A DNA stretch of 62,552 nt, filler included, from Hausera hauseri (Eukaryota), in NCBI GenBank assembly GCA_046269625.1. It is 13 parts of 13 records of this genome, joined end to end, with 100 filler letters (N's around TTAATTAATTAA, not from the genome) between each part and the next. Parts side by side here need not be neighbours in the genome. Positions count along the whole stretch, not along the records: positions 10,498 to 14,915 come from JBJURY010591889.1; positions 15,016 to 19,679 come from JBJURY010484576.1; positions 19,780 to 24,212 come from JBJURY010584445.1; 10 more parts are not named here. One strand, given 5' to 3'. Below the pieces are notes generated by a model. It worked only from the letters and a program-made list of their open reading frames with translations, ran no database searches and had not been told where the DNA came from. How positions within the stretch are numbered: position 1 is the first letter of the stretch; every line of letters begins with the position of its first letter. This document shows positions 11,069 through 24,212 of the stretch, piece by piece. The position numbers were made by a program, and so were the translations under genes.

Positions 11069-13776
11069 GAATAGGTTATTTTGAAAAGGACGTAACTCAG
11101 TAAAGTAATATGTTGAGAAAAAATGAAAACCCGTTTGGGCTTTTACAGAAGCCTCAAAGAAATTATTTGAGAGAGCAGTTTCGTTTGGCATGAAAAGTAA
11201 TTACTTTTGACGTTTACTAGTTTGATGTAATTTTAAGTCAAAGGTGTAGGAAAAAATTTTATGCGTCCTGACTTACGGCCCTTTTCAAAATAAAGAAGGT
11301 TCATAAAGTATAATAATAATTAATTATTAATAACATTGGTTTACAAAGAAAATAGGAAGTTTAATTTGACATTTAAACAACAGTGGCAATAGTTTACACA
11401 AAATAGTAAAAAGTGAATGTTCCTGTTATTCGATTATAACTCAAAACCAAAAAGTTCAGTCACTATCGCTTGATTCTTCCTGGGTCTTCTGGCTCTTCTT
11501 CCATGTTAAAATTTTTTTGTAAAAGGGACGCAGCTTCCGCACATCGTCCACTTGCTGTTTGTCTTGGGAACCTGACTGACGTAGACACGTACATCGCGAA
11601 AATCTGGCACAATATTTCCTATCAGCAACCTGAAGCTCTGCCTGCCAAGACCGTCGATGCGAGCATGAGCGCAGACCATACCAGGCATGTTGACATTGTA
11701 CTCAAACATTTTGTAACTGGATATCATAAACTTTCCTCGTCAATCCCTTTTCTATCCAGGACGAAGTTTCTCAAGGGCGACGCTTGTCTTCTTGTAGTGC
11801 TCTGGCCACCATGTGTTTCAATCATTTACACTCTCGGTCTTTAGACTAGTGACCGTGAACGGATCTTTTTAGGCGACGAGAATCATGACGTGATATTCAT
11901 CTGGTACGTACACCTTGTCGACGCGGTTTACCTTTAGCTTAATGAGACAGAAGTCTCGGTCATATGGAAGGAATTAGTGTTCACGCTCCGGAAAGTACTA
12001 AGAAATTCGTTAGAAGCGTTTCTGTCCGATAAGAGTTAGGAGCATCCGCNNNNNNNNNNATCCGCTCCACTGTGTTGTTCCTGTTGTGGCCGGAACAACC
12101 ATTGCAAAACAAGTGCAGCTGTTTTACCTCCGAAGGGACGTTTTCGTCGATAAACTTCAGTAGCATAAAGGACACGTCGTTCGACCCTTTTCTGGCCTCG
12201 CCTTCGCGCTAGACGAACATATGCGCACGCTGATTCCCGATTTCATGTACGTTGAAGACATAAACCGATAGCTTCCTGAAATAGAAAACATCCTGAACTG
12301 GAATGAGACAGTGGCAAGTTTTGCATAAAGTCAAAACAGATTCCACGCACGGCGATATCTGTTTTGTATATCTTCGATTTGTTTCATTTTTAGGTGAAAT
12401 TTTTTAGCCCTACTCTTGTGAGCGATAAGCTCGGCGGCGGCAGCACATTTCGCGTTGTCATTCATGATATGGCTTTTTATTTCTCCTAAATCCTCGCAGG
12501 TGACGCAGGTGTCCACCCGAGGCCTCCCGAATCGAAGATCGAAATTTTCCCTAAAGTATCGCAGAAAGTAGTGGTACTTTATTCGGGTTTAGACAGGTTT
12601 AGACAAAAAACATGTCAAACATGGTTTTTATGTTCAAGCCTGCAATCTGGTGAGTGTTGGTTTTCGATGAGTAGTGTTTTTGTTTGGTTGGACATTAACG
12701 GATGTGCTGGAACATTTGTTCGATTTCCGCAGCCAGAATTTTAAAATTGGAGCGATGTCCATGGCCCTGTCGATCGCTCGGAATTTTTCCCTCTCTTAAT
12801 AATCCCCTCAGACGTCAGTCTTTTTTTAGAAACGCTGTGTAAAGCCTTTTGGCACACAGGAACGCGAACCGATCCATGCAGAACATTGTACGTGAAAGTA
12901 GTTTCTCGTTTTCTTGGTTAATATTTTCGTGAGCGACGCTGTTTGATTTCGCAAAGTCCCATCATACCTTGTAAATAATTGTCCTGAGTGTTTTTGGAGA
13001 CCATCGAATGGAATATCTGTAAGACGGTGGTTCGTTCTTCAGCACGGAATAATTCGAAACACGTTGCCCGGCAGCCACAGTCTTATCCAGTTGTTTAGTC
13101 CGATACTTGTCCTTTGGAATTTACATAGGAAACATCCTGAGCCCTAGCAACTTTAGAAACGTTTTGTTTGTAAGCTTCCGGATACTGAATACCTTTGCGG
13201 CGTTTTTTACGATTTTCCTCATCCGCTTCTTCTTGATTATCCATTAATCGATTTAAAAAAGGCTATCGTAGTAATATTTTCTATTAATGAGATTATTATT
13301 TTACTTACAAGTGAACCATAGTGACGTTAATCATACGGTTCATTAAGTGGATAGATCACATTGGCTTAGTTAAAACCACTGATAATATTTTCAAATTGGC
13401 AACTAACGGTGAATTCGTACATACATAACAAGTGAAAATGTTTGCAATGCATCAAAGGCGTATTTTTCTTACTTAGCACCTGATGACTTTATAAAACTTA
13501 ATGTAACATAATGTAACATGATCTCGGATTTGAATTTTGAGTTTTAGTTGCCTATATTGGCTTAAAAATAGAGGTGCCAATAGAGTCTATGAAATTTATT
13601 AACAGTGAGTTTCCAATATACATTGGAACTTTTCCTCTGGGTTATTGAGTGATTTTGAATGGTGACTTACACCGTTTTAAATGTATATTACAGAGCTGCT
13701 AAAATAGTGTAATAATGCACTGTTACTTTAATTTGACAAAAAAATGTGACTTACGACCTTTTCAAATTATCTATTC
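11069..13776 (-). mobile_element. Sola1-type DNA transposon with both ends and a decayed transposase (~11460-13245)
   Basis: ~30-bp imperfect TIRs (gaataggttattttgaaaaggacgtaactca at 11069; reverse complement gaatagataatttgaaaaggtcgtaagtca ending at 13776) with AATT 4-bp TSDs at 11065-11068 and 13777-13780. Transposase motifs: CGCRATCF, DTCVTCE, FDFMQNLP, FYFRKLSVYVFNVH, EGEARKGSNDVS, CNGCSGHNRN, H.FLPYDRDF. Confidence 0.85.
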
Positions 13777-13817
13777 AATTAAAATTTACCTAACATTATA
13801 TATAGTAGTTATACATA

Positions 13818-14685
13818 CGTTGTACATTCAAAAATTAATGAGACGTACATAGAAGACAGGATGGTAAATAACCAAAACTTATTATATTTATAGTTCATGA
13901 AGAAGTATTCATAAAAATAGCCTTCTCATTTTTCGACGTTTCATTAGCCGCGACACATTTTCCCCCTTATGTTTAAATCATGAACTGCACTTTGAAAAAA
14001 CTGCCTTTCTTGTTTCTGAAACCAACTTGTAACTGTTTCTTTTAGGTTATCTGCATCAGGAAATCTCCAACGACTCAAATAATTTTTAAGATGACGAAAC
14101 ATGAAAAATTTGTTAGCGCTGAATCAGGGCTGTACGCAGGATGCGAAAGGCTGATGAACCCAGTGCTCTGCAAAGCTTGAATAGCGACATGAATACCATG
14201 CACAAGTTCGTTGTCTTGTAATAGATGTCTTCGTTCCGTTTTCCTCCAGGCTTGAGTAATCAAATTTGCATAATATTCACTGTTGACGGTATAACCTTCT
14301 TCCAAAAAGTCTAGCAAGAACACTCCGTTAGCGCTATGGAAAACAGTGAACATAAACTCTCGGCAATGAGAAACCTCAAATCTCATGTTCAAAGGTTTTG
14401 GGTAACCTTGCTTGCACCACTTGATTGTTTCATTACCCTTCTTCAGTTTCAATAAAAATTTTATGACACTGCTCACTTCAGGAGAATGAATATCAGACAT
14501 GCTTCTAAAATTAACAAAAATGTCAATTATTTTTAAAACTGCCACCAAAATATGATGAAGTCGTGCAAGTTTAATTTTACTAAACAAAACAAACTAATGT
14601 TTCCACCGAATTCCATGCATGATGTTATCGCTAGACCATGCGTACGATTTTTGGTCTAGTGGCTTTAATTTTTGAATGTGCAACG
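13818..14685 (-). mobile_element. Internally deleted mariner element with TIRs and TA TSDs
   Basis: TA|cgttgtacattcaaaaattaa ... ttaatttttgaatgtgcaacg|TA. ORF 14075-14587 has FLEEGYTVNSEYY, LLQDN and HPAYSPD. Confidence 0.9.
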
Positions 14686-15015
14686 TATTTTACCTTCGAT
14701 AATATTTACCATCTGATATGGTAAAATTTTGAATGTTAATACATAATTTACATACTTAACACATTAACTGCCGTTTGGAATTTTCAACGAATTTGATCAT
14801 ATCTTCTATGGCAGCCGACAGTACATTCGACAGTTAACATGTTAATTATTATATTTAGTTTTGGAATACGTTTTCATAAAATAAAATGCAAGGTTTAACG
14901 CAAGTATTAATCACANNNNNNNNNNNNNNNNNNNNNNNNNNNNNNNNNNNNNNNNNNNNTTAATTAATTAANNNNNNNNNNNNNNNNNNNNNNNNNNNNN
15001 NNNNNNNNNNNNNNN

Positions 15016-18000
15016 GTTCTCCAACAAATGAAGAATAATGTTGGCAATGAAGATTCACAACTGCGCTATAGTTCTACGTTTCCATACTTATCCGCAATCA
15101 TTTACGCTTCACAGGTAAAACTTGATCATTTTTTTAGAGTAGCAAAGTTATTTTTAAAAATATTTGTACATTTCAAGCTATTCATATTTGGTTATAAAAT
15201 AAAAGCATCCATGCCAAGATCAAGGGATTTAAGAGTCAAATTTTTTGTAAAGTTATATATGGACCAAAATACTGAGAAACAACAATGGTAATTGAAAATG
15301 AAGCACTTAAAACAAGATGACCGCTAAGAAATAAGAGCTCAAGATTACCTTTGTCGACAAGCTTAGACAACAAAGTAAGATTAGGTACAAGCGCTGAGAT
15401 TATTAGGCATGGCCGATAGGGAATGTCTATAGAACGACTGCATAGGACACCCCAATGGCTCCAATGGACACCCCAAATAAGGATGACATTTCAGTCTGCT
15501 GCGAAAAAAAAGATGGACAGGAGGACTGAACGGTTTTGAAAAGTGTCTTAAATATGATTTGTTATTCGACTGTTAAAAGTATTCTTTATTGCCAATACTT
15601 ATAGTTAATCTTCCATGAATTATATTTACATAACTATGACTAAACATGTTTGCTAATGTTATTTTTAATCTACAAATTTCAGATTGACACGCTGTGTCAA
15701 ACATATGAAAATTATGCTCGGAATCAAGATCGGCTGAAAAGATTGCTGAAAAAGAAGGCCAAAAGCAGAAGCTTTGTAAAATTCGTGAGGAAGTCTGAAA
15801 GACAAGTGGACTGTGAATCACTGAATGTTTTCATCAACAGACCTTTTTCGGTAAGCGGTTTTCATACGTCTGTAAGTAAATTATGGTAAAAACTGTGTCC
15901 CTTAATGGCTAGAAGCACCTACAGGCTGATGGCACTTTGAAAAAGTATGCTACTGTGAACTACTTAATGTCCCTGCATATTGTGATAGACTCAGAACCTA
16001 TACCTTCACTGAGCTAGAAAGAAGGCTGTGGTTTGAAATGGAAGTTAAGGAGGCTGTCTAAAATTGGTTGAAGAGAGAGTTTCACAATTTCGGTATCGTA
16101 TTCAAGATTTAAAATACGATCCTTCAGTGCCTCCACTTATTGCCACATGAGATAATACTGCCCGGCGTTGAGAAGACTGGTACGCTTTCCATGGTAGTGA
16201 AGCTGTGTTCTTACAGACACTAATCTACAAAGCATAAAGTATGAGATTTTATTTCATTACTATTGTCCTCATATTAAATGGATTTTCTGAAAGTTTTATT
16301 TTTGTTCTCCAGCACTTACAGGATTTGTCTACTACCATGACTAGCGTCATGAAGTCTACAATAGTAGATAATCCTGATGCTGTCAAGCTGCAGCAGATTG
16401 TGGACAAGTTATCTTTTTGTATGGAAACAATGTCTGACATCAGTTCAAGGGCCAGAATGGAAGAAAGTGTAGATGCCATTGCTTCGTTACAAAGCCAAGA
16501 TAATGGTGAGTAGTGTTTGTCTTTGTCGTACTGCTGAATAATAACTATACCAAAACTTTTATTTCAGTTACGTTACACAAGGGACACATAGGCGGATCTA
16601 GCCTTAAAATCCTAGAGGTGCTAACTATATATATTAGCAATGAGAATACAAACAATGAGCATTAAGTTTTGCGGGGGGGGGGGGGGTGAGGATCCATATC
16701 CCTCTATGACCCACTCTAGGTCCACCTAGCAATGTAACGCAATAATATGTGACACGTTAAAATGGAGATTAGAAAATTAAAGAATCGTCATGGAACAAAA
16801 CGATGTCTATAGAGGACTGAGATTTAATTAGTCTTACCATACATAAGAGATTGCAGCAAGACCAGATACCTTATTATCCTATTTAGAACACAGCATTAGG
16901 CTATAGGACATGAAGCAGATCAAGTAACAGAGGAATAAATATGAACCACATGCAACTCTTAAAAGGTAGTTGCGTTTTTGAACTACAATGGTATTGGCAC
17001 GTTAAATGCCCCATGTACCTTGAAGCTTTGTACAAGAAATTGCTCCCCCCATGTTTTAATAAGTGCATATATAAATAAGACAGAAAACATAGCAATACAA
17101 ATACTTACTGTAAGTAAACATAACACCAAGAAATATTCAGTTTAAAGTGTAAGATAACAAATTAACAAACTACAGTAAACTTGAAAAACATGGCAAATTC
17201 TCAAATGAATTAAAAATACCAAGGGCAGTAAGAATAACCAATGTAAACGTACTGTAGGAGTCTGATACATAGAGAGCTCTTAACAGCGCAATCAAAAAGA
17301 AACAAGTATCCATGACTGGCTAGTCTTAAAATGTGAAGGCTCGGAGAGATGTGGAGTTGATGGCAGTCTAGGCCTCGTCGTTTTGCATATGATAATGATG
17401 ATTAACAGAAAAAAATGCAAAGCAACGTTTCATTACATTGTGAAATCAGAGACACATTTAGTTACAAATTCAGACGTTTTATTTTGTAGACTATCGTCTA
17501 AGGTCAGTATGAGCAAATTAGTCTTTATTTTTTTCACCACAGACACAAATACACAAGAGTCACCCCTCAACCTCAGCTTTGATGCAAGAATTTCGATTAT
17601 AGACAAAGAAATTGTACGTTTACAGAACCAACTGATCTTTGATCCTAGCATTGAGGTATTACTTGTCACTACTTGTCTGTTTCTTTGATCCTTATTTAAA
17701 GTATTAACATATTAACACATTTAAAACTGCAACATTTTTCATTTGTTTATAATTTTGTATGTGTGTGTTATCAAAACTTTGTAATTAAAATAAAATATAT
17801 TTAACAGTAGTTTTATCTCGTTTTTTTTTTTTTTTTGTTTCTCTCCAAGGCTTTTCATCTATGTCGAGGACAGAGACATTTGATCTGTCAAGGGAGCATA
17901 CACAAACTGAACGAACAAGGAACTTGGATAAAAAGCCAGTTATTTCTATTCAATGATTCACTGTTGATAGCCAGCGAGAGATCTGATGGTTCTCTTTATG

Positions 18001-18733
18001 TCAGTGATCCTCTATTCTATTTCTGGAATCTAGCCAGCTTCGAAACTTTTAGAGAGTATGGTAAGTACAGAAACTGCAATTATAACTATCTTCTGTTTCA
18101 CCATTACTCCCAGGAATAATAGTCTATAAAGAGCTAGATTACATATCTCATGTCAATACACAGTGTGGTGAAATGAGAAATGAATACGCTGCATTGATAA
18201 AAAAATAAGGACATGTACCTACAAATAAAATAGAACATAGAATGGGTGGTGCGTGGTTTAGAAGAATTTTCTACACTTCGGGATATAAAATCTGAAAAAT
18301 GTCGATAATGACATAATGAGAATGACACATTGTAACATTAAAACATTAACGTAGATTTTTATTTTACTTTAATTTGAATAAGTATTTTTCACATTAATTA
18401 GAATAAGTATTTTTTAATTAATTAAAGAACCTATTTTCTTGATGCTTGTAATTAGATAAAAAAAAAGTTACATTTAAAAATTACTTATTTTCCACATACA
18501 GTTTGATTTTTTAATTTTTTTTTCTTTTTGCAGCATCAGACTTTATCCTCCACCCACGTGCTTTTGTTAACTTAATACTACTCAGAGAATTATCAGGGTG
18601 TCCTTGTGATGAAAGTGATGAAGCAATTATTCTGCAAGCGGCATCGCCAAATGACAAGTTTCTGTGGAAATGTCTGTTTGAAGACAGAGTATTGGCAGTT
18701 ACTGGCAAAAAACTACGACATTATATTTCTTGA
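15016..18733 (+). CDS. Host Dbl-family RhoGEF-like (DH-PH) gene, 3' part; exons 15016-15114, 15683-15850, 16313-16505, 17543-17655, 17850-18060, 18534-18733
   Basis: Five GT-AG introns with matching phases (0,0,1,0,1) and no internal stops. DH-like YENYARN...FVKFV...CESLNVFINRP...KST..NPD..KL; PH-like RHLICQG...LFLFNDSLLIA and ILQAASPNDKFLW; TGA at 18731-18733. The 5' end is cut by the contig edge. Confidence 0.85.
16589..16728. mobile_element. Small MITE-like insertion in a RhoGEF intron
   Basis: Imperfect terminal inverted repeats (taggcggatctag / ctaggtccaccta) around a poly-G core. Confidence 0.4.
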
Positions 18734-19356
18734 GGCTTGTGTGACATAATGGTCGATTAATTGTAGGCTATGTCTTTTTTGGCAAAAATTTTCCTACAAA
18801 AACATATTTAGTCATGGTGTGACTGTGATACTCGGTAACAAATGTGTGTACATACATTCGACTGATATTTGTTCAAGCATGAGTTAGTCATCCAGCCAGT
18901 GTCTAAAGGAGCGACTTGTACTCAAATCCGTTATTTAAAATGTGCTTGCCAAATACCCACGAAACTAAAAGACATTTTTCATAAACCGTCATGTAAAAAC
19001 TGTATATTCGTATATGTTGTATATGTGTAATTTTAGCATTCTAATTGTAATAGTTTCCTATGAACTTTTGAAACTATATTACGGATGCACTCACAATGTG
19101 TATATTCTTTTCATCGGAATTATTGTATGTAAAATGTTTCTTACGTTTTCCTTACTTTGCTGTACATTTTTTAAAAATTGTCTTTGTATATCAACTAGAG
19201 TTTAGAATCTGATCACGTGAACTGTTCAAGTCTTGATCGATAAAATAAATTATTTACATCAGAAAAATGCTTACCAGTTATATTTGTTCATTATGATTGT
19301 TTGTACGTTAATTTGTTTTTTTCCTGTCCTTCTTGCTTTCTTCTTTCTGTTTTATC

Positions 19357-19440
19357 AGTCTGTTTATCTGTCTGTCTGCCTGTCTGTCTTTCTCCCTGCC
19401 TGTATATCTGCTGCTTGTCTGTCTGTCTGTCTTTCTTTCT
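19357..19440. repeat. Degenerate (TCTG)n microsatellite
   Basis: Directly visible. Confidence 0.8.
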
Positions 19441-20357
19441 TTGTGTTATTAATTCATGCATCCTTACTTTTTTTTAATTCTTTCAAATTTGTCATTAACT
19501 ATTTATTAGTTGTTGGTTCTACGCAGCTCGTGAATTGTTCTGATATGTGTCACTGGTAACAAATTTATCTGGGCACTTATGGAATTTTAAAAATGTTGCA
19601 GTAATGATGGTCCATTAACGAAATTAAACAAAATTAAAACAACTATAATAAATTTGTCTGGTAAACTTTTTTAAAGGTCNNNNNNNNNNNNNNNNNNNNN
19701 NNNNNNNNNNNNNNNNNNNNNNNTTAATTAATTAANNNNNNNNNNNNNNNNNNNNNNNNNNNNNNNNNNNNNNNNNNNNCAAAATCTCTTGCTTCTTAAC
19801 CAAATCGTTCTTAATTGCTTTCCACCATGTTACCAACTGAGCAAATGATAATTCGTCAAAATATTGCAATTGTATTAATTGGTCTTGTACATCCATATTT
19901 TACACGTGACATTTTAACATGAGTGTTAATACCAGAAATTGAAAAATAAGGGGTACCCTCGAGGGAAGAATCGATTTTCCTCCTGAAGGGGTCAGTTTTT
20001 ATCCTGAGGGGGTCAATTTTGTGGGGTCTTTGTTTTATTGCCTTTGATCTAGAGTCTTTTTATAGGGTCTTTGTTCTCGGGGGTGGAAATAGTAAAATCC
20101 AATGAGTCCAAATTTTCCTTTGTTTTCGGGGGGTCTATCGAATACTGCTCTTTGATTGATCACTATTTGTTACCCCCAAATGATGCGTCCTCCTCCCATT
20201 GGCCAGTTTCCTACACCCGATGACGTGTTCAACTGTGATTAGTTACTTTCCTCCTCGGGGGAGGGGGTCTGATCTCATCTATCTACTTATTTCCACTTGT
20301 CTACCGAATGAGCTGTTTCAGCCTTGCTGTAACTGATACAATCTCGCTAGATGGTAC

Positions 20358-21152
20358 TCATTTTTTATCATATTGTTCCTTGTCTTCGTCGGTTTGCAAA
20401 TATTCGAAATACATTGCTGCATCTAAGACTCCCATGATTTGTCCTACGCATTGATAACTTTTAGCATTACGCGTGGCTTCTTCTTTTTTCTCGTCATTGG
20501 CGACTATCGCCACTATACCATTTGTTCCGCCTGGTATGATTCCGACGTCTGTTAACTGTTCTAATTCGTCTAACATTCTACCTCTAAAATAAAGTCTACA
20601 ACTTAGTTCGTTTCCGCCACTATTATTAATTACCCATTGTTGTACGTCTCTCACAAAGCAGCGTGTTGTAAACTCATTTTTGTCCATCTATTCAGATGTT
20701 ATTTTAACTTTTATCGTCTCTTCAGGTTTAACCCTTAAGATTTCAGCATATTCCTTTATTAAAAGTTTGTGCATAGCACTATAAATCGTGTTTTCGCTAG
20801 ACAATTTAGTCATAGTAGAATGTAGCTGTCGTAACTTATTTTCAGTAATATTTACATTAATTATATCTATTAAATCTATTTCAGCTTGCGCCGAATCAAG
20901 AAATATTTGCACAGTGAATTTCCGATCCTGTGGGCAAGTCTCCGCTTCGTACAGATATACAGGAGTTTTCCGATTCGCGGAAACTATTGCATCTAAGTAT
21001 GCATCCCATTTTGGATAGTTTTCATTTTCTGGAGGTCCATAGTCATTTACTAGCATAACCGTTGGTCGGATTGCGTTTGTATTTCGTACTATTTCTCTAA
21101 CTTCTACTTTCGATTTAGATCACTTCCGTTTTAGTTTCGTTTCAATGTACAT
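20358..21152 (-). pseudogene. Ubiquitin-like-domain ORF homologous to the accessory region of the gag-env element at 57790-58490
   Basis: ORFs 20688-21056 and 20358-20687 are in frame; the separating TAG corresponds to W in the paralog. IKVKI...VRDVQQW...RLYFRGRMLDELEQLTDVGIIPG resembles a Ubl fold. TATAAAAG lies ~25-30 nt upstream of an ATG at 21152. Confidence 0.7.
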
Positions 21153-22204
21153 TTATACATTTTACTATATTTGCGACCCTTTTATAACACAGTTAAAGAA
21201 CTTACAATTTTATACAAAATTAAACAACTTTCTAACTCCAAATTAACTAACAAACAGGCTAAAAAATTCTTTCAAGGTTACATTTTAAAAAGTCAGACAA
21301 AAAGAAACTGACAATGTTTCACATTACTTTACATTTATAATCCATTCCCCAAAAGATATTTTAGTTTGAATGCTTCTTGTCGTCAAATTGCCATACGCCT
21401 AATTAGCTAACTGTTTCGTAATAATTATTTCAACTTAGTAAACTCGAAAGCTGCGTGTCACGCGTTAGTCGTATCAATTATATTTTACCATTCAACTGAA
21501 AAATGACTATATTTTCCGAGGTAGAAAAAAATTTACGAAAACGTTGAATACTCTGCTAAATTTGAAAATGAGAAAAAAACGAGATTCCCACTTGTGTCAC
21601 TTATTTTTCTGTTTTGCGTTCAGATAAAGAAAAAGATAATAAGGAAAACAGAGCCTAAATAACGCATTTAGCAGTCTTTTAAATGTGACGGCATTTTGCA
21701 CTTGTTCATATCTCCCACTACGTTTAGAAATTTTTAACTTTTATAAAATTTTCGTTCATTTTATCGTGCTAATTTTCTAATACTATTCGATTTTTAGTGC
21801 TGCCTTGAAGTACTGTAAAACTACAATGTATTCATTTAATTAACAATCGCATATACCAAAATGTGCAGATTTATGTTAAGTACATGTGTGACCACAGACT
21901 ATAGGCCGAATAGTCAATGGATATTTTTTATTTCGACAGAACATCAAGAAAACACTATAAATCACCTAAATTACCTAGTATACCCATAAATTCCCGCAAT
22001 TGTAAATGATTCTTTCGTGCGCGTCACGTGACAAATTTAAATTAATTCTTTATATGCTATATATTATCCTTTTAATTGTGAACAATTTGTTATTAAAATT
22101 TTTCAGATTCTTATTCATTGAAAAATGTCAACCAAAGAAAGTCAATGTTCTATATGTAGAGAGATGTGAGCGCACGAGATCAACATAAATTTACTATATC
22201 GATT

Positions 22205-22440
22205 TCCCCTCCTCCGCGGAGAAAATATTTACGTGGTTTGCGGATGAGTCATGGGTAGGAAAAACGATGCACACATACACGATTAATAGGGCGGAGATAG
22301 GAGACGCACAGTAATGAAAGTGATACACACAAGCACGCGTACTGCATAGATTGTAGGCGGATTTAAAAATTTCAATTTCGAACCAAAATTTTTTGTTTAA
22401 ATTTTGGTAAATTGCTTTTGTTTAAATTGTGGTATATAGC
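22205..22440. promoter_or_regulatory. Conserved non-coding Polinton block (second copy at 52555-52790)
   Basis: Shared blocks ggatgagtcatg, taatagggyggagatagg, gtactg and aaattttttgtttaaattttg; includes an AP-1-like TGAGTCA. No conserved ORF. Regulatory role is inferred. Confidence 0.5.
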
Positions 22441-22516
22441 TACTAAAAAGCCTAACAAACAAAAACAACATAAGATATAATGTAAAATATTTATTAATAT
22501 AACAGTTACAACACAA

Positions 22517-24212
22517 TCAAATATTTACAGTTTGAATACAATGATGTCCATATGAGACACTTTTGTTCTTTGTTATCCACTGGCGTTTGTTATCGAATGG
22601 ATCCAACGCCTTTTTTCTCGAATAGATTGTTATCAGCCGAGGGTTTTTGGTGCCAATTCGTTCCTGATCCGCCACGGTGCTGCAACCGGTTTCATATGCT
22701 TGAAAGTAGTTGCTGAACTGCAAATAGGTTTGTTTGAGATTGATGCCCTTGCATTGAGCACTGGTTTGGTTTGGGTTTTGAGGGCATGTGATTTCGGCCG
22801 TAGGAAAATTGCCTCTTGATATTCAACGCAGCCCTTACTTTCCTCTTTAAATTTGCCAATTACAAATGCGAAACGAGTCGAGTACAGTGGATCATTCTTG
22901 TCATAGTTTAAAGTGTCAAACTGTTCATTAGGTATCATTGCCGGTAAGAGCTGCGTTCGCAAATCAACTCCACGACATTCAAGGAAAAATCTGTCTGTGT
23001 CACCAGAAAAAATATTTAACTCGCAATTAAACTGTTGCCTATATGACTCCAATTTGATATAATTCAGTTTATACATTCTCAACTTAGAAAGATCAAGTAC
23101 GGCCTGACCAATGTATGATGGTCTATCTTTCAAAAGGATTATTTGCTGCAGCTCTCTTTGCAGTGTGTAAGTCAATATAATCTTTAAATACATAACCATG
23201 GTCAATGTCAACAGCCCAATGCACCTTTTCAACTACAGCACCTAACTCCATGTACGACTGTAAGAGCCGATAATGAACAACATAGTTGGACTTACGCTCA
23301 TGTGTCAGCAACAATTTCTTAATTTTAGAACCAGGAGGACATTGGTTGATTGGAGCTAGAGGTAGTTGGTCCAACTTATCATGTTTTTCAGCCGGAATGC
23401 TTAAGTCAACTTCAAACCTAAACCTCGTTTTGCCCTAACACAGTCAATAAAAGGTAATTGTTGGATCAGACTGGCCAAGACGTCATCATCGTAAATCCAA
23501 TTCAGATTTGCAAATGGCAGAAGTTAAGATAAAGCCCAGCCGTACAAATTATTTACATCTATATACAAGAGACTGGTGCTTTCATCTATTACAACCCTAT
23601 GCTTATTTACAAAAGTCATACAACCGCGAATTCCTGATTGAAAGAACTGATACATCTCAGGATCTTAAATGAGCTCACTCTTACAAGGGCTGGTTTTCAG
23701 TGCTGTTGCCCAACTTAAACTTGGTATTGAGACAAAGTTAACGACTTCTAAACCATCATTCAACTTAACCTCGTTTCTGAACCGCTCAAAAACATCACCT
23801 AACAAGTATACATCGAGTTTTATGTATACCAACATATAATCTAACTGACAGTTGCAACTGTATTTAGACCAAACCATTAGCGCTTTCTCATAACCACTGT
23901 CACTAACACCATCCCATTTTGCTGGTAATTCTCGAATCGACTGCATATCACTAGATGGAAAAGCCATTTCTGTCAATGGGTAGTTATCTAATTTGCAAGC
24001 CAAAGTTTTAAGTGAAGCTGGTGAAAATTGCAAGGAGTTTAGAAATCGAATAGAAACTGACTTTTTAAATGAACACTATATTTGCTTGCATGGTTAAAAA
24101 TTTCTCTGTCGTTTGTGGAATCACACTCAAATCCCAACTGTTGAATGTACTTACTGCGTGTTTCAAGATATGATGGAGATCATATCAACGCTAATTGTGA
24201 AAAATTACAGGC
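22517..24212 (-). pseudogene. polB: Polinton/Maverick pPolB remnant (copy 2), same family as 53380-56064
   Basis: RFLNSLQF, LDVYLLGDVFERFR, YIDVNNLYGWA, RPSYIGQAVLDLSKLRMY, SGDTD, FLRPKS, FDNKRQW...SYGH. An internal deletion removes the KxxNNSxYGK region. Confidence 0.93.

Noticed and set aside
19233-19559. Hydrophobic 108-aa ORF as a membrane protein
   Set aside because: Produced by T-rich sequence and a TCTG microsatellite 3' of the RhoGEF gene.
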